From NCBI GenBank assembly GCA_002633005.1, contig NMRA01001064.1, forward strand, positions 1 through 61,199: a stretch of DNA of 61,199 nucleotides. The letters run 5' to 3'. The stretch comes from Phoronis australis (lineage: Eukaryota > Animalia > Phoronida). The notes under the pieces were generated by a model, which saw only the letters and a program-made list of their open reading frames with translations, was not told where the DNA came from and did no database searches. Every line of letters begins with the position of its first letter. The first letter of the stretch is position 1. The translations under genes and the position numbers were made by a program. This document shows positions 25,382 through 39,594 of this stretch, piece by piece.

Positions 25382-27040
25382 CGCGTGTGAGACCGATATC
25401 CTGCGTGTTCTTTCAGAGCACCCAGTGCATGTATATCTATACGTATGTATGTATAGGGAAATCCTGTTCATAGTTGTAGATGCGTCGCCATCTCGTGATT
25501 CTTTGTCAAACGATTGTCGTGTATTTTGTAAGTTAGGACGCAAGCTCTCGATTCCGATGGAACATTATACAGTGGCGTCATTTGCAGAGATTTCTACTTA
25601 TTGTCGGCTGTTTGTTTATGTGAAGGTGGATTTAAATGTTGGTGCAAGCCATCGCTTATCTTCAGAAATTGTATTACTTGATGCTGTAACTTTGTGACCC
25701 ACACTTCAAAATTATACTATACTCTGTTCTAGCCTATCAGGTGACATTGATCCTGACTTGATTCCTCAAGTCTTTAAAAAATGTTATCCAATCATAGCCA
25801 AGCTTCAAATGCTTGCAGCAAGTTTGAGAACTCCTTATGTAGTCTGTTACAAATTAGCAGGCGTGACTAACATATAGATAGAAGTAATCAAAGGTTGTGT
25901 GGGGCACAATGTTGCCTCCAACGATAAGATCTACATCGTGATATGCTTAAGCTGAACGTGTGCAGGTTTCCAGGTATACTCCATAAATTTTCCCAATTTC
26001 ATAAATTCCTTTGTTCATGTAACTTCGAATGTGTTCTAAGCGGAATTTCACTCATTCTTTATGTAAATACAAGACTAACTCCCGATTTTCAGAGACAAAG
26101 AATTATGCTAATCCCTGAATTCGACACAGAAGTAGATATGACGGACAAACGCACTTGTTAATCTACTGAAAATCGTCCTGTGGTCGATAACAGCGACCAC
26201 TGTTTTAGTCTCCCCCCTTACGCACTCCATTATACACAGTATCGATGTGGGCTGTCTGGGAATGACGTCATTGGGCGAGACCAAGGTGTACTTTATGGTA
26301 GAACCAACTGTTTGTCTCTCGTGATAGTCGTTGTAAAACTTTGCAATGTGAGCATATCTTTAATAAATAAAATTGTAGAAGAAATCGACTCGGGTGTGAA
26401 TGTACTGAACTCTTATTTGGTATTTCTGTACGTGTCTATTACTCCTGGTGCACATTATTTACATATGTGCAAATGATTTGCTATTTCATAATAAGTATGT
26501 TGTGTAAGTGTTTCGTTATTTATTTCCATTCACTGTACAGTGTGTGTAATATTAAATACAACATATTTGGCCTACATGTAATCCGTTGCCAATCTTTATT
26601 GAGTGTCCGGTTTGCTACCCTGCCTCAATACTCCAACTTCGTATTACTATGTGTGCATTATCAAATCATGCTCCCAGAGAAGCTGTGCTGCATTGTTCAT
26701 ATCTATTTTGCTTTAAGAAAGAGTATAAGTCAACTGACGAGAGAAAAACTCAGTACTAGGGAAAAAGCCGACGAAAAGTGGCTGCATCTATAGGAAAAAA
26801 TGAAACACCCGAGCGGGACAGTAGTAACTCGTTACACAAAAAATCACTAAAACGGCACGAAAGCTGTGCTAGGATGTACTACAGTACAATGGATAACTTA
26901 TTTTTAATGAACCTTTACGTATGGAATATATAAAACGACTTGGAGTGTGATTAGACACAGCTCGACGTGTGAAACTGACTGTCAGACGAAAAGTAAGAAT
27001 GAACAATGCGCATGCGCGACTCTAAGTGCAGATGCACCAA

Positions 27041-27612
27041 TTCGCTGGTTCCATGCGTGCCTAGCCAGCGCGCAGGTATCACGCAGTGTCACGCGCTTTA
27101 GTATTGGTTGATGTAACCTCAGCAGTCATTGGTTAGCTATACAACACCGTGAAAAAATGGCGGACTGTGAACGATTTTTAGCCTCGACATGCAAGTTGTG
27201 TCGCAGCAACTATTTCGTTTCTGCAGTGATGTTTAATAGCTGCGTGCTTGAAGCACAAACATGTACAATAAACACATATCTGGCGGATTTAACCGGTGTC
27301 TAATAGTCTTATTCATACTGTATGAATACAGGACAGTATCATAAACAAAAGTCATCGACAGTAGAAACATGCACTCCGAAAAGGCGCAATCACAATTTCT
27401 AGGATTCACATTTCCTGAAAATAAATTTTAAGCACCGATTTTTCTGTACAACAGACCACATTTACACTTCAGTCAGTTTGCGTAAAGCGCTGCCTGTTGA
27501 GAATTCGACTATCCAATCAGAAACGCTGGTGTGAAAAAATTTCCTGAGGAAAATTAGGTGATACCTGCGTGCTGGCTACTGACCAACTAGCGGCACGCAG
27601 AGAACCAGCGAG
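27041..27612. mobile_element. MITE with 9-bp TSD (Mutator/MULE-type)
   Basis: TIRs TCGCTGGTTCCATGCGTGCC-TAGCCAGCGCGCAGGTATCAC / GTGATACCTGCGTGCTGGCTA…GGCACGCAGAGAACCAGCGA; perfect TSD ATGCACCAA at 27032-27040 and 27613-27621. Confidence 0.8.
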
Positions 27613-30234
27613 ATGCACCAACTGAGAGAAAGAATGCTGCCCGGAGGCGGCACAAATATGTTTACCATAACAACGACTAGTTGGCCAAATGAGGTCGCTG
27701 TATCGTTTAGGTTGCGCGTTTGCGTAATTAAAACAATGTTTTCACTTTAACGTTCATCTAGTTTTGTTGAAATAAAAAATTTCGTTGGTATTGGACAGAT
27801 AGACTATGTTTATGAAATTTGCTATACATTTGATTCAGTTGTCATTTGTAAGGTGCTTTTCAAGTATTGGTGACACTAAGACCAATACTGAATTGTGAGA
27901 CTTGAGTGATACTATATAACGAGATGAGCACCTACTACAAGTTTTATGGATTTAGTCCGCCAAATACCGTAATCCTTACGATTTTACCAAGGTTATTTCC
28001 TATAGAGATGGTAACGGTTATCTTCTCTGGAAATCATACGGAAAAGTAGTTTGACGTATTTCACGGTGTGATAACACATTTTTTCTCGGCCGTATCATCA
28101 CCTATGTGCGATAACTTTACTCAAACCTTATTGCTCGGTAACATACGGTTCGTCTTTTTATTTAAACCCGTACGTCAATAAGGTTCCAAACTACAGTAAT
28201 ATACGTTGTAAATGCAATAACAAAACGAGCTTTAATTACCGCGTACTGATTAGGAGGTCACGTACATCTCAATGACAGAAGCAAGTTCCGAAATTACCTG
28301 TGAATTCTTAATTGCGAAGTGTCGCAGAAGAGCCTCTGAATATCGAAGGATTAGAATGAACTCAAACCACGCTCCAGTTAATATCAACTGCTGAAAGAAC
28401 ACTAAACGATGTTTTGGTAATTCCAACCAATTCTCGTTTTATTACTCTACGAATGCACCATTGGAGTCTGACTTGAAGCAAGTCGGGTATAAGAGGGTAG
28501 AAGCTTAGAAGTTGACGAGAATCCCTAACACTGCAGATTAGTCTGTGAACGACTACATCAAGTTATTTAAAAGCTTTTATAAGTTTTCTAGAAAAGCGGC
28601 TAAACAACCTTTCAAACGTTAAAAGCCATAAGCCTAGGTCCAAAGTACAGTTTCTAACAAAAATAACAATACTACAGAGGCCCAGTTACAAGAATTTCTG
28701 TATACATTGACGAACTCTTGCAAATCTCATTGCTTAAAGTCCTGTTACTAATTAGGCATTGCGTTTGACACCTGTTGACAAAGTGGTGGAATAAGAGGGC
28801 AGGAGACACGCACCTTCTTGGCAGTCGTCAGTGAAAAAAATAGTAAAAGTGGCACGGAAATAAATTTTGGCATTTATTACGTTGTGCCAAATCGTGGACG
28901 TGTACTTCTGTGCGTGTGTGCATGTGTTGAGGAGGAGGGGTTCAGATATCACAAAATGAAGAATTCTGCCCCCTCACGATATCCCAGATCCACCACTGTG
29001 ACACCAGCGGTTGTTATCGCAACTCATGCATTCCACTGCTTCGATGCCCTTGTTTTGCATCTTTCGCAGACTCGTGCGCTTATTGCATGGTTTGGCCTCG
29101 CGCGAGAATCAAATTTATTCAAGATGGTGGACAAAGAAGTGTACTCCGTTGTGGATTTTAAGCGACCGTTATTAAACGGGATTGCGAATGTTTGCGAAAA
29201 AAAAACCAAGTATATGGAACAGAGGGTGTTTTGTACGCCAGGTAAGTTTAGTAACAACCGTCTAGTCCAAGAGGCGGCTCATCTAGAACTAGCAAACCAC
29301 ATGTCGTGAGACTTCTCAAGAAAAGTTCCACAAAGGGAGCTGAATTGAGGACATCAAAAGCAGAAATTACCGTTTAGCATTGCTTTTGATGTCTGATATT
29401 GTATGATAATATCATACTGTTTGCACCTGGTGACATGTGGAGATAATCTGCCATATTCTATCGGTAATTTCATCTTCGGTCTGGTTGGAACATTCCCGGA
29501 TATGTGTGGGATAATCTGTTTATCCCGCATGGCGAACTCATCTTCATCGCGGCGATATCATGTTACTATAGAATGCTTTGGCTTGGTGTTACATGACGTC
29601 ATGTATGGGCTAAGCGTACCCGTGCCGGTTAAGTGACAAGCTTTTCTACAATTAAATCATGACGTTCAATAACTAGTTAAGTTTTTTTTCATGATGAATT
29701 GCTCAGAATTTTCAGTTTTTGAAATATACAAGTTCAAACAATAGACCATTCACTGGTATTAAGAGGTCGCCGGAAACTCGGAAACAATCCATCCGGGAAT
29801 ATAAAATTCGAAACATTAACTAAATAGTTGTCTGGGTTGCCCAGCGGTGTGTCGTTTAGCTTCGACGAAATTCTTAGTTTTCTACATCTAGTTTGTGTTT
29901 CTTAGCTTCTTGAATAAAATTAGTGATAGACATATTTCCTCTGTCGATCTTAGAACCGGAACGATAGAAACTGTGTTCTGTGACGTGCGGCTGATTCACG
30001 GAATTTGAGCTGAACCAAGGACTCGTAGTGAAAGAAGGTAAGAGTCGAGGACGCTGCGAGTAGACGATTGTGTCGGTAAAAAATGTACTCGATGATTAGG
30101 TCGCAATTTCCGGTAGATATCTTAGTAAAAGTATGTTGTACATGCATTCATAACAAAATGTTTTCGTTTGATTTAAATTAGATATTAACGCGATTCTATT
30201 GTGGGCGTTATGTAGGCAATTGACGTGTTTTTGA

Positions 30235-31033
30235 TTAAAGAGACCTGAAACGCGAAAAACAGACTAAATTGCGTGATTCAAAGCGGTTCTTTGCCACTGC
30301 AACAAAATTCAACCTGTTCACCTGATACTTTTACGGTTCGCTTGTAGAGTTTTGAATTTCTGTTTATGTTAAAGCAATTTTCTTTTAGTTTCGAAATTCA
30401 AAAAACGATCTATCAACTTCTCGTCAATTCGTCGAATTTTCTCCCACAAGGCAAAAAATGTCGCCTTATATGGTATCACAAGTCATAGAGTAGCATATTT
30501 CCTTAATATGGAAGATGTGACCTTTGATCTTTAATGTAAACAAAACGATGGCGACACCAAGCAGCCAGCCCAATTAAGAGGCAATTGATGTAAATCTTAA
30601 GCATTTAAAATTAGTTATAAAGGCATCGTGGTAGTATTCAAATAGTTTCTAAAATGCACTTGAAATTCTTTCTCTGGAATCGCTTGCTTCACCGGCTTGT
30701 CTCATACTGTGATGTCCACCTCAGATTCGGAGTGCAATCACACTTGATAATCTGCACTTTAACATATCCATCGCTTCAGTCAGCTGTTTGTTGAATTACT
30801 GTGACCGCATGCGCACACTTATCATAAGGGGGAGGGAGATTAGAAACTCTGTGGTGACTACAGAGTTTTTCCTTCGCACGTATTTCAAAAATCGTGGATT
30901 TTGATGATTTTTTCTGGAAATTCCCTCACAGGAGAAAATGGATGATTCAGTAGTGGACGTAGCGATTTATTACTTTATTCAGGAATTGTTTAAAAGATAT
31001 TTTGACGAACTTTCGCGTTCCATGCCTCTTTAA
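30235..31033 (+). mobile_element. Kolobok-type MITE, family A copy 2
   Basis: TTAA-AGAGACCTGAAACGCGAAA … TTTCGCGTTCCATGCCTCT-TTAA; shares CTCCCACAAGGCAAA, ATGTGACCTTTGA and TTAGAAACTCTGTGGTGACTACAG with copy 1. Confidence 0.85.
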
Positions 31034-32025
31034 GGATAGTGAAGTCTAAAAATAGCCAGCTGATCATCGTGCGTGGAAATTTTCATCGGGAAAACTCAAG
31101 TGAAAGTTTATAGTTTTTAGAGCAGCAAAACAGCTTTTCCAGGAACGGCCCTTGGATCAATGTTTTAGGTAGCCCAAATGAAGGAACCCAATCAAATTTG
31201 CCGTCCCACATGTGAATTTAGTACACCAGGAGACTGTACACCAATCGTGAAATACGGCCTCTGCCATTGAATACGGATTAGCGCTACTTTACCCAAAAGC
31301 ATATTTCGCGGCGTATTTCTTGTCTGTATTCACACACATACGCGATGATTGCATATATAAAATGTTTCTATGGTAAATCAGCCTATCAGGCCTAAACGTT
31401 GGATAATGTATATGTGTAAATACCTCGCAACAGAATGAGCGACCCGATATTCACTAGACAGTGGTGCTGAATAAAAGTTATAACCAGACTTTTTAACATG
31501 TAAATAGACTGAGAGCTAGAAGCAGTTCACCACCATGGGAGCGTTCTTGTAGTTACTATAAGTGAGTCACGTGATAACCTGAATGTAGGCACTTCTTCGG
31601 GAAAGGAAGCTTAATTCACTTGTGATGCCTAAGGTATTTCGAATTCCCAGGTGTACTTACCGTAAGTGATTCTGATGGCAGGCGGATCCTAGCCAGCCAG
31701 CTAGCTGAATGAAGACTATAGTCAAAATACAGCTAGATACCACTGTGTGTTTTTCTTCCATAGACCCCGAAATTGCACACAGCCAAGGTAGTTCTGCTCG
31801 TCACCTCGCCGTGAAATCTGTGTCAACATGTAGAACTTAACACCGGACGGGGTGCATGAAAAATCTGGGAATCAAATGACACACACCTTGCCTGTTACAG
31901 CTGTTTAAGTGGAAAACAATCTAATGAACGTCATTTTCTTGCGTAATCCTCCGCCTTTTCCACCCCGGCCAACCCGCGATCGAGAACGCCCGGAAGGCGA
32001 TCGAGAACGAGACCTTGCACCAAAA

Positions 32026-33075
32026 ATGGCAGACGACAGTCACGTACCGGTGAGTTTAAGTGTCATTTTCTGCTTAAATAGAGGCCATTTTGGTACGAAT
32101 TTTACACACAGAAAAGCGTCAGAGTGTAACCTTTGTTGTGGATCTGAAATAATACTTGGCTTTTGCATATTTTTTTAAAATAAAGAGCTCAGAAAGCAAT
32201 GGCTTTCGGTAAAATGCCTTGCGTCTCGTAAAATCGACAATTTCTGGTTGTTATTAGCAATTCCAGGGTTCTTAAGAAGAGACGTGTGACGTTTGTAGTT
32301 TAATCGTCCCTTGTGACACCTTTGTTAGTTATGATTTGTGAAACAATTTAAGATATTTACCAATACAAGCAGGTCCTTGTGTGAGACGGCGATCGGGAAC
32401 GACGTCGTTAATTCTCTATTTCAATCATGAACGCAAAAAAGTGATCGTGAACGTACATTTTTTCTCTGCATTGGCCTGAATAGTCGTTCAAGTTACGGTA
32501 TTATGTCAATAATTTTAGAATAATATTGACTCGGCCTGAATTAGTTGATGGGTTAATTATTAATTACATTTCATCTTTTTTTACATTATTTCTAAGTGAG
32601 ATTTAGTCTAACAAACATAACTGAATGCGTTTGACTTTTTTTCAGTTGAACTGTAGCTACACGACGAACCCTTCAGGGTGTTAACGTCCACGCCTTCAAA
32701 AAAGAGTAGTACAACTGCTGCATGTCACAACGGAGTGTGTGTTGTGGAGCCTCATTCAGGAACTAAGAAATCGACTTAGTATGACCACATGGCAATAAAA
32801 TACAGTGACACTACAACAAAGCAAAACCTTTACTAGTCCTGAGGTTGACGCGTTGCATGCGTCAAGAGTTTTTTTACCAATATAGCATGAAGCATCGTGC
32901 TCAGGAACCAGGTCGATTCAGTTTCCTATCTGTGATCAACTTTTCACGGAAAGAGTAAGCCTGATGCGACACTGCGTCACAGCACGAGGACACTCCTTTT
33001 TGTGGTGAATGTGGCATGACATGCAAACAGTATGCCTCCTTCTACAGGCATAGCAAGCAGAAACGTCATGAATGA
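32026..33075 (+). pseudogene. Decayed C2H2 zinc-finger gene
   Basis: Mini-exon MADDSHVP/gtgagt (32026-32049), then broken fingers TKKST*YDHMAIK, FPICDQLFTERVSLMRHCVT and (after a frameshift) FCGECGMTCKQYASFYRHSKQKRHE*. Confidence 0.65.
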
Positions 33076-33778
33076 AATCATTAAGTCCAGTGCTGAAGGT
33101 TGTTAAGTCACTATAGTTTATTCAGATTTACAAAGTCTGTGGTTGGTAGTTGTCTGATCTGATAGTATTTTGACGTTTTCTTTTGAACCTTTTTTCCTCA
33201 AGTTTCTTTCTATATTTGTGTTATTTTAAAAGGATCTTTAACAGAACCAGCTTGGTTTTCTTAGACCAGTGGGCGGATTTAGCAAAGTCAGATTTAAAGT
33301 ATCCAAGCCACCCCACTGTGTTGATCTGGATTAACCCAACAAAGAAACTATTGAAGAGCTTCAATGAAACCTTGGTCATATGGATATACAATGGCACACA
33401 GTGGTAGAATCAGTGGAGACATTTGTGAAAAAAGGTCTAAAAGCTTTTCTCATGAGGAAAATGTAATGTCTGTGTCCAACACACGTGCACACATTAAAGT
33501 ACATGCTCAAGATTAGCCGCAACATAACAAATGCCCAAATTTATGTCCGTGTCATTTTAGTGTTTAATTTCTGGGCCAAGGGGGAGCAGGACCCCTGTCC
33601 GGCAACATTAAATAGGGGACCAATGGAAATAGGTGACCAATGGAGGTGGAACTCAGAATCAGAAGATGCCGTCTTCAGTCAAAACCTTAGTGCTTATGAC
33701 GATGACGCCCTGCTCGACCAGTCAGACATATTCTGAAGAATCGGAAAGACTTCCTGCAATACATACTGGTCTACGCTT

Positions 33779-33924
33779 AGGCGGATCCAAGGGAGTTCGG
33801 ACCCCCCCTTTGCCCTTGAATTTAGTGTTATCAAATCTATAATTTTCAAATTTTTTACTTGGTACCCCTTTAAAAAATCCTTGATCCGACACCCCCCTTT
33901 TTAAAAATCCTGGATCCGCCCCTG
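33779..33924. mobile_element. hAT-type MITE
   Basis: AGGCGGATCCA … TGGATCCGCCCCTG termini; degenerate 8-bp TSD CTACGCTT / ATACGTTT. Confidence 0.65.
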
Positions 33925-34039
33925 ATACGTTTGATCTTGTGTCATTGTAACACTAAAAATTGGAAATAGTCCATTCTTGCTCTAAAACAACGTCGTAAAT
34001 GCACACTGCGGCATCATTCATCAATAACGTTCAAGTCTG

Positions 34040-34293
34040 ACAATGTTAAAGCTGGGTCTGACCAAGTCTAAAGTTAAACCTGGTTTAAGATCTTAATACA
34101 GGTCTAAGGAATATAGACCTCGTTGGTGAAATGAAAACTGGCTTAGACCAGGCCTAAACTGGAGTTAAACCAGGTTTTACCAGACCAGTGGTCTAAAAGT
34201 TAAACCACCTTTATGAAATGCAGATTATCTTTAAATCTGGTCTAAGTCCAGTTTAAACCAGGTTTAACTTTAAACCATCTTTATGAAATCGGC
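34040..34293. mobile_element. PIF/Harbinger-type MITE remnant built from TTAAACCAGGTTT / TGGTCTAA repeats
   Basis: Internally repeated, partly palindromic motifs; ends in TTTATGAAATCGGC. Confidence 0.5.
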
Positions 34294-34489
34294 TGTTTGT
34301 GTTTTCATGATAGCGCCCTTTACGCATATATTAGTCGGTGGGCCAGAATTTGTAGGGTATCTAGAAAATGGTTTTTGTGAGTACTTTAGGGGGGCAATTT
34401 TATTTTGGTGTTTTTTAATTCATTTATTAGAGTGTTTTCAAAATCTAAAATTTGAGTTTGAAGTTACCTACTAATCACCAAAGAGCTTA

Positions 34490-36542
34490 GTAAACTTATA
34501 TTTGTAAAAACAACAGTTTTGGTGATTTTTTTAGTACTGTCAATGGAGATGCGGGCATTGCCATACATTTTAACTGCAAAGCTCCACCAACAAGGAGCCA
34601 ACTATGGTCGATTAGAGAGGGTACAGCACTGCACACTGGTGATTGGCCCGCAGGCAACGAAGGGTCAAACACTAAGTCCTTGTTTGGAGGCGGGTAGGAT
34701 TTGGGCAAACGTTTGATTCAAAATATGTCATAATGGGCTGTGTTAATTAGAGTCAGCAAGTGAATTATTGAACACTAGCCTCGATTCGCTTTTATATCTC
34801 TTAGTCGGGCACAAACTACAACAGTGAGTAGCTTCAACAGTCGTTTCTTAAGATTGACTGTCCAAATAACTTCATGCACACCAGCTTTCTTAAGAACAAC
34901 TTCAAAGTCTTGCTTTAGTTTTGAAAAGCAAATGACATATCCATGTGTTAGAAGCTTTTCAATGAACTCCAAACAAAACTGTAGAAAAACATCTCTGAAA
35001 ACTATGGATTCGTCACTCTTCACAATCGTTGTCTTTCTATTTTTATGGCAAGATGATCTGTGGTACTTGGCTTCTAATACACAAGGTCTTTATCTTTGAT
35101 TTTCATTTGCATATTCAGGGCTCTGGACTGAGCTGTTGCTTGCGATACAAGTCCAACTGAAAGAAACCCGAACTGTTAACACTAATTTAACATTCAGCTA
35201 TGAGTGAGTTGGCATGCAACTTTTCAGACGGACTTATCAGGAAACTGATCCACCACCAGCCTAACAAATGTACATGCCGTCTGATCTGCCGCCTAAAAAT
35301 GTTGATCGTCTAACAATTAGATTAGTTGATGCAACTGAAAATAAATCAGCTGATATAGCAGTGCAGTGATTGAAAATTTTTTTTTTTTAAATCAGATGCT
35401 CAAACCATAGTCAATCGATTTACACTTTAAGTAAAAAGTAATCAACGTTTGACGAAATGGACAGTGGCTTCCATCGTCCTCAAATTACGACAGCAACGAT
35501 GGCCACTTAGGCACTTTAATTTAATTATCATTGCAGCTACCTAAGTAATTAATGTTTATAAAAAATTGAAAACAGGTTCCCCCAATCCCAGGACTACGGC
35601 AGGAGATGACGGCCACTTGGGCATGTTGTTTGCAACCATCTATTCCATTTAGCTTTTCTCAAAAATTTTGACTTAAAGTGCTTTAAAATCACACCCACAA
35701 TATAACGCCATATGATTATCCCTTAGCGCAAGCAGTGTCGATGTGGCAACTGAACAGTGGAGAGTTCGAAAAACAGGATTGCAGGAGTACTTGTTTAACC
35801 TGGGAACAAATGAAAACATTAACGACCTCCTCAGAGGCATCTCTCTACGCGGTACTTCTAAACTTATAGGAACATAATTTGCCGAAAAGCATCCGGCATA
35901 TGGAGTACCTATGGTATGATCACCGTCTCTACTGGGTCAGCGGTATTGTCTAAGGCCTAGGCAGCCAAGGGACTGGTGATAATACTGACACACACATGGA
36001 AAACACCAAGATGCACCTTTCAAAAAAACGAACGTGTTTTTGAAAGCTATACTTCTTTCTCTTTCTTGAAATATGGTCCATAATGTACTTTTCCTGCTAA
36101 CAAATGATGCACTCATGTTTCAGAATGTTCCTATCTTGTTCAGGTTAATTGGGTGTTTCAGATTTTGGAAGTATAATTGATTTTCTTAAGAAATCTTGGA
36201 TAACATCTGTATCACTTTCAGCAACTTCAGCTTTAGTACTACGGCTGTTGTCTTGAAACGTTGCTATGCCGTTCTATGTCCTTTCAATTTTTGGTCTGAC
36301 ACTTGGTCTTCTAGTCTACAACACTCAGCAGTATACTGTGTAGGCTATACCAGGACATGCAGCTGTTTTCTTCACAAACGTTTGTAACACCTCTTCTTCT
36401 TTTTGATCTGCTGATTTACAGAGTTCCACAGTCCATTTCGTCAGGAAGCTTTCCTAAGCTTCTTTAGGCTCTGGCATCACAATTTTGTGCTGTTTGATAA
36501 ACCTTAAATTATACCGGCATCACACTCCATGGGAGCAGCCAT
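34490..36542 (-). mobile_element. Decayed Academ-like DNA transposon transposase (N-terminal part, pseudogenised)
   Basis: Minus-strand fragments HECIIC*QEKYIMDHISRKRKK (about 36050-36117) and KIKDKDLV/LEAKYHRSSCHK…FLQFCLEFIEKLLTHGYVICFSKLKQDF…VNLKKRLL (about 34830-35150). These resemble the CIxC, DLVA.EAKYH.SC and LK.RL blocks of Academ transposases. Stops and frameshifts present; no TIRs found. Confidence 0.65.
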
Positions 36543-39500
36543 ACTGAAGTAACTAAGCACAACAATACAATCTGGCTCTCTGAACTTTTTGGAATTTGAT
36601 TTATAGGTATATTATTTAACCACATAGAAAAAACTAGGTTGCCCCCCTCCAAAGTACTCACAAGGATGAACGCTGTGAGATCTGGCCCACCAATTATATG
36701 TTATTTTATACGCCAAAATGCCGTTTTCAGAACGCACGTGTTATATTGCAGAACACATATGACGATCCCCAAGCGTCACTATATTTAGAACGCAATGCGT
36801 TATTTTCACCAGCACTTATGTTTAATTGACACAGTTCATTAACATCACATGTCTCTTGAGCGCTGTTGTTGAGTCGTAATATGAAAAATTGTCAATTAAA
36901 TCAGTTGCTTCTTTTAATTCTTATAAGAAAACGCATTCTGTGCGTGTTCCCAATAACTAGTGCCATAGCTAAGATCGGGCGTACGACTTTTGCTATACCG
37001 AGCCTCAGAGCTTCGAACGACTGTCCCGTCTACGGCCAAAAACGTTAGAACAGCATTTGTTCAACGTGACCTCGAAGATCAAGAGTACCAGCCAATGACA
37101 GCTGTAATCGAACCAACACAATGGACTTACTTACAGAGCCCTGCCACGTCAAGGAAACTCCCCAAAAGACGTACCGCGCACCTAGCTTTTAGCACCCACG
37201 AATAACCCGTACTACGAAAGTTACTGAATCTACAGAAATACGCTGGCACACTTACCACGCATCTCAGTTTTTTTGAACTAACAATTGCGAGTGCTAAGGG
37301 TTTTTACAGTGCGTGTTAAGAATGCCTCAGGCCTCATCCACACAGATTGGCATGTTTTACAATATTTCACTGAAGTCTAGCAAAACACCTTATCTTCGTT
37401 CTCGGGGAACTTCAAACACGAAATATATACCGTGTACCGAGAAATATAGAGATCCATAGTAGACCCATCTTGGAACCGCACAACCGCGTGAAAATTTGTT
37501 TACTACTTACCCGAGGTCAAAGGTTACGGGGCTGCCACTCAAATCGAATCTTCCGCCAGGCACAGAGGAGCTCTGTGTGTACCCTCAGTCCTTTCATTCA
37601 CCGAGTCACCATAATATTGCGTCAACCACGTGCACATATGATTGAAAGATGCCGGGTAAAGTGAAGACAAAGCGTAGTTTTGATCGTGAGGGACTTTTGT
37701 GTCTGCATACATACGACCGTTAAGAACGAGTGCTACGAGTCGCCTCACGCTATTGTGACTTTGTGTTCACGAACACAGCAAGTTGTGAAAAGAGATAAAT
37801 CCTCACCCAAATTCCTTATTTCGGGTAATTTGACATTTCGCTCTTTCGCTCTCAAGCTCACGACTTGCTTTAACCACCGACTCGATTTCTGTATTCATTT
37901 CGTCTTTGGGTTTCATATCAGTCTCCCAGAGCGTGGTGTATGTAACAGTGAACTGTTGACCTACTTTAAAATGGACCACAACGCACCATCTTCACTGTTC
38001 CGCCCGTGACCAGCTAGCCCGCCCATAACCTAGTTGGAATTGATTTGGATGATTTTGTTTTTGTGATAATTAAGTTAATTACACACTGCAAATTTAGATG
38101 ACAATACGCGTGAAAGTTGAATTAAAGAACGTGGCTAAGGAGTGTATAGGTTATATTTACCGAATTCAAGTTTTCACCTAATAATTAACCGAAGACCTTG
38201 AGACTTTCATCTCTCACGATTTAAACGGCTTTTTCCCTTGAACTTAGGAACATGAGTTCTCAAAAACGGCTTGGTAGATTAAGCTGAAACTTTCCAAATT
38301 TAATATTTATTCCTCAATCTCAAAAAGCTGTTAGGATTTTTGATGTAAAAGGGCTAATTTTGCGTAATGAAGCAAAGTCGAATACGACTACTGTTTCCTT
38401 TACAAAAATACCTTACGTTTTGCGAGTTGATTTGTCATAGAAACCAAACGTAAACACTAATCGAAAATTCCTAACAGCGTTTTTGATGTACGGGTGAAGT
38501 TTTCATTCAAAAAAGGTTTCATTAAAATCGACCGAGGGTTATTTTGCTATAAATGTACCTTTCTTAAAAATGAAATTTTGACTTAGAAAGGTGTTAACGT
38601 AATTGCGCTGATAGTACATTAATATAAAACATATTTTTATATTCCCTGATCTTTTTTCTTCTAGAAAATATATATTTTTACTAGTTGACAAAGCCTATAT
38701 TCATATATGTGTAGGCCACTAAATAACGGTTTGAGATTGTCAGAAGTGGACTGGCACTGTTCTTAGTTTTATTATTTTGTTCTGTTGTTCTGTTTGTGTT
38801 CTAGCAACCCCTGAGGTAGAACCGCCTCCAAGAGGGCGCTCTTAATGTGAAAGGATAGAAGTTTATAATTTCAAAAAACAGTAACAAACACAATTGTTAA
38901 AGCAGTTATCAACCATCCCTTGACCGTCAACAAAGAACTTTGATTTAGGTCACTTTCCGATAAAAAATTGCCTCAATTTGTTCTTTACTCTGACGAGAAT
39001 GATGTATGCGCCATGGAAGATGTGACAGTTCTTGAGATCCTGCTCGGAACATAAAATGACACGTCATCATGAAAAGCCAAGTTATCGAGCCTGATATCAA
39101 GCAATAACGTTCTTTACAATCCCGACAATCGGATCTGATTCGAGTTTGGTACAAGCTAAAGCCAGAATTATAACGGCATTAAAAGTTAGTTTTTGTTCGG
39201 TTTGAGATGATTGCATCATTAGGGCTCCCTCCAAGAGGAAAAAGTGGAAATTGATATCATGATTAGTGGTCGTTTGCGTTAGAGGGATTGAGTTAATCAT
39301 CCATTGCTGAAGAGGAATCCCTGAGCGAATAGAGTCTCTGTCTTCAGGAGATTCCACTTACTGTTTTGTAGACTGTTGAGGTTTCATAAAACAACATTAC
39401 GATTTTCTGCATTTGACAAGCATTCTCTTATTCTTTCTAAACAAGCTGAGAAATATCGGTAAAGTGCTCGGCTCCAAGTGTGTGTCGGAACGATGCAAAA

Positions 39501-39594
39501 TGCAACATTCTTACAACTGATGGTACACTAATAAACACCTACCGAGCTCCTTAAACATTAATCCGTCACTGAGTCATATGAATTGTACGTAAAT

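Noticed and set aside
28818-29309. 163-aa ORF
   Set aside because: TTG start, no motif, includes low-complexity GT-rich sequence, no exon context.
31680-37560. Terminal inverted repeats for the Academ-like element
   Set aside because: No matching termini were identified by eye. The short hairpin CACAGAG-GAG-CTCTGTG near 37561 is not enough to call a Helitron end.
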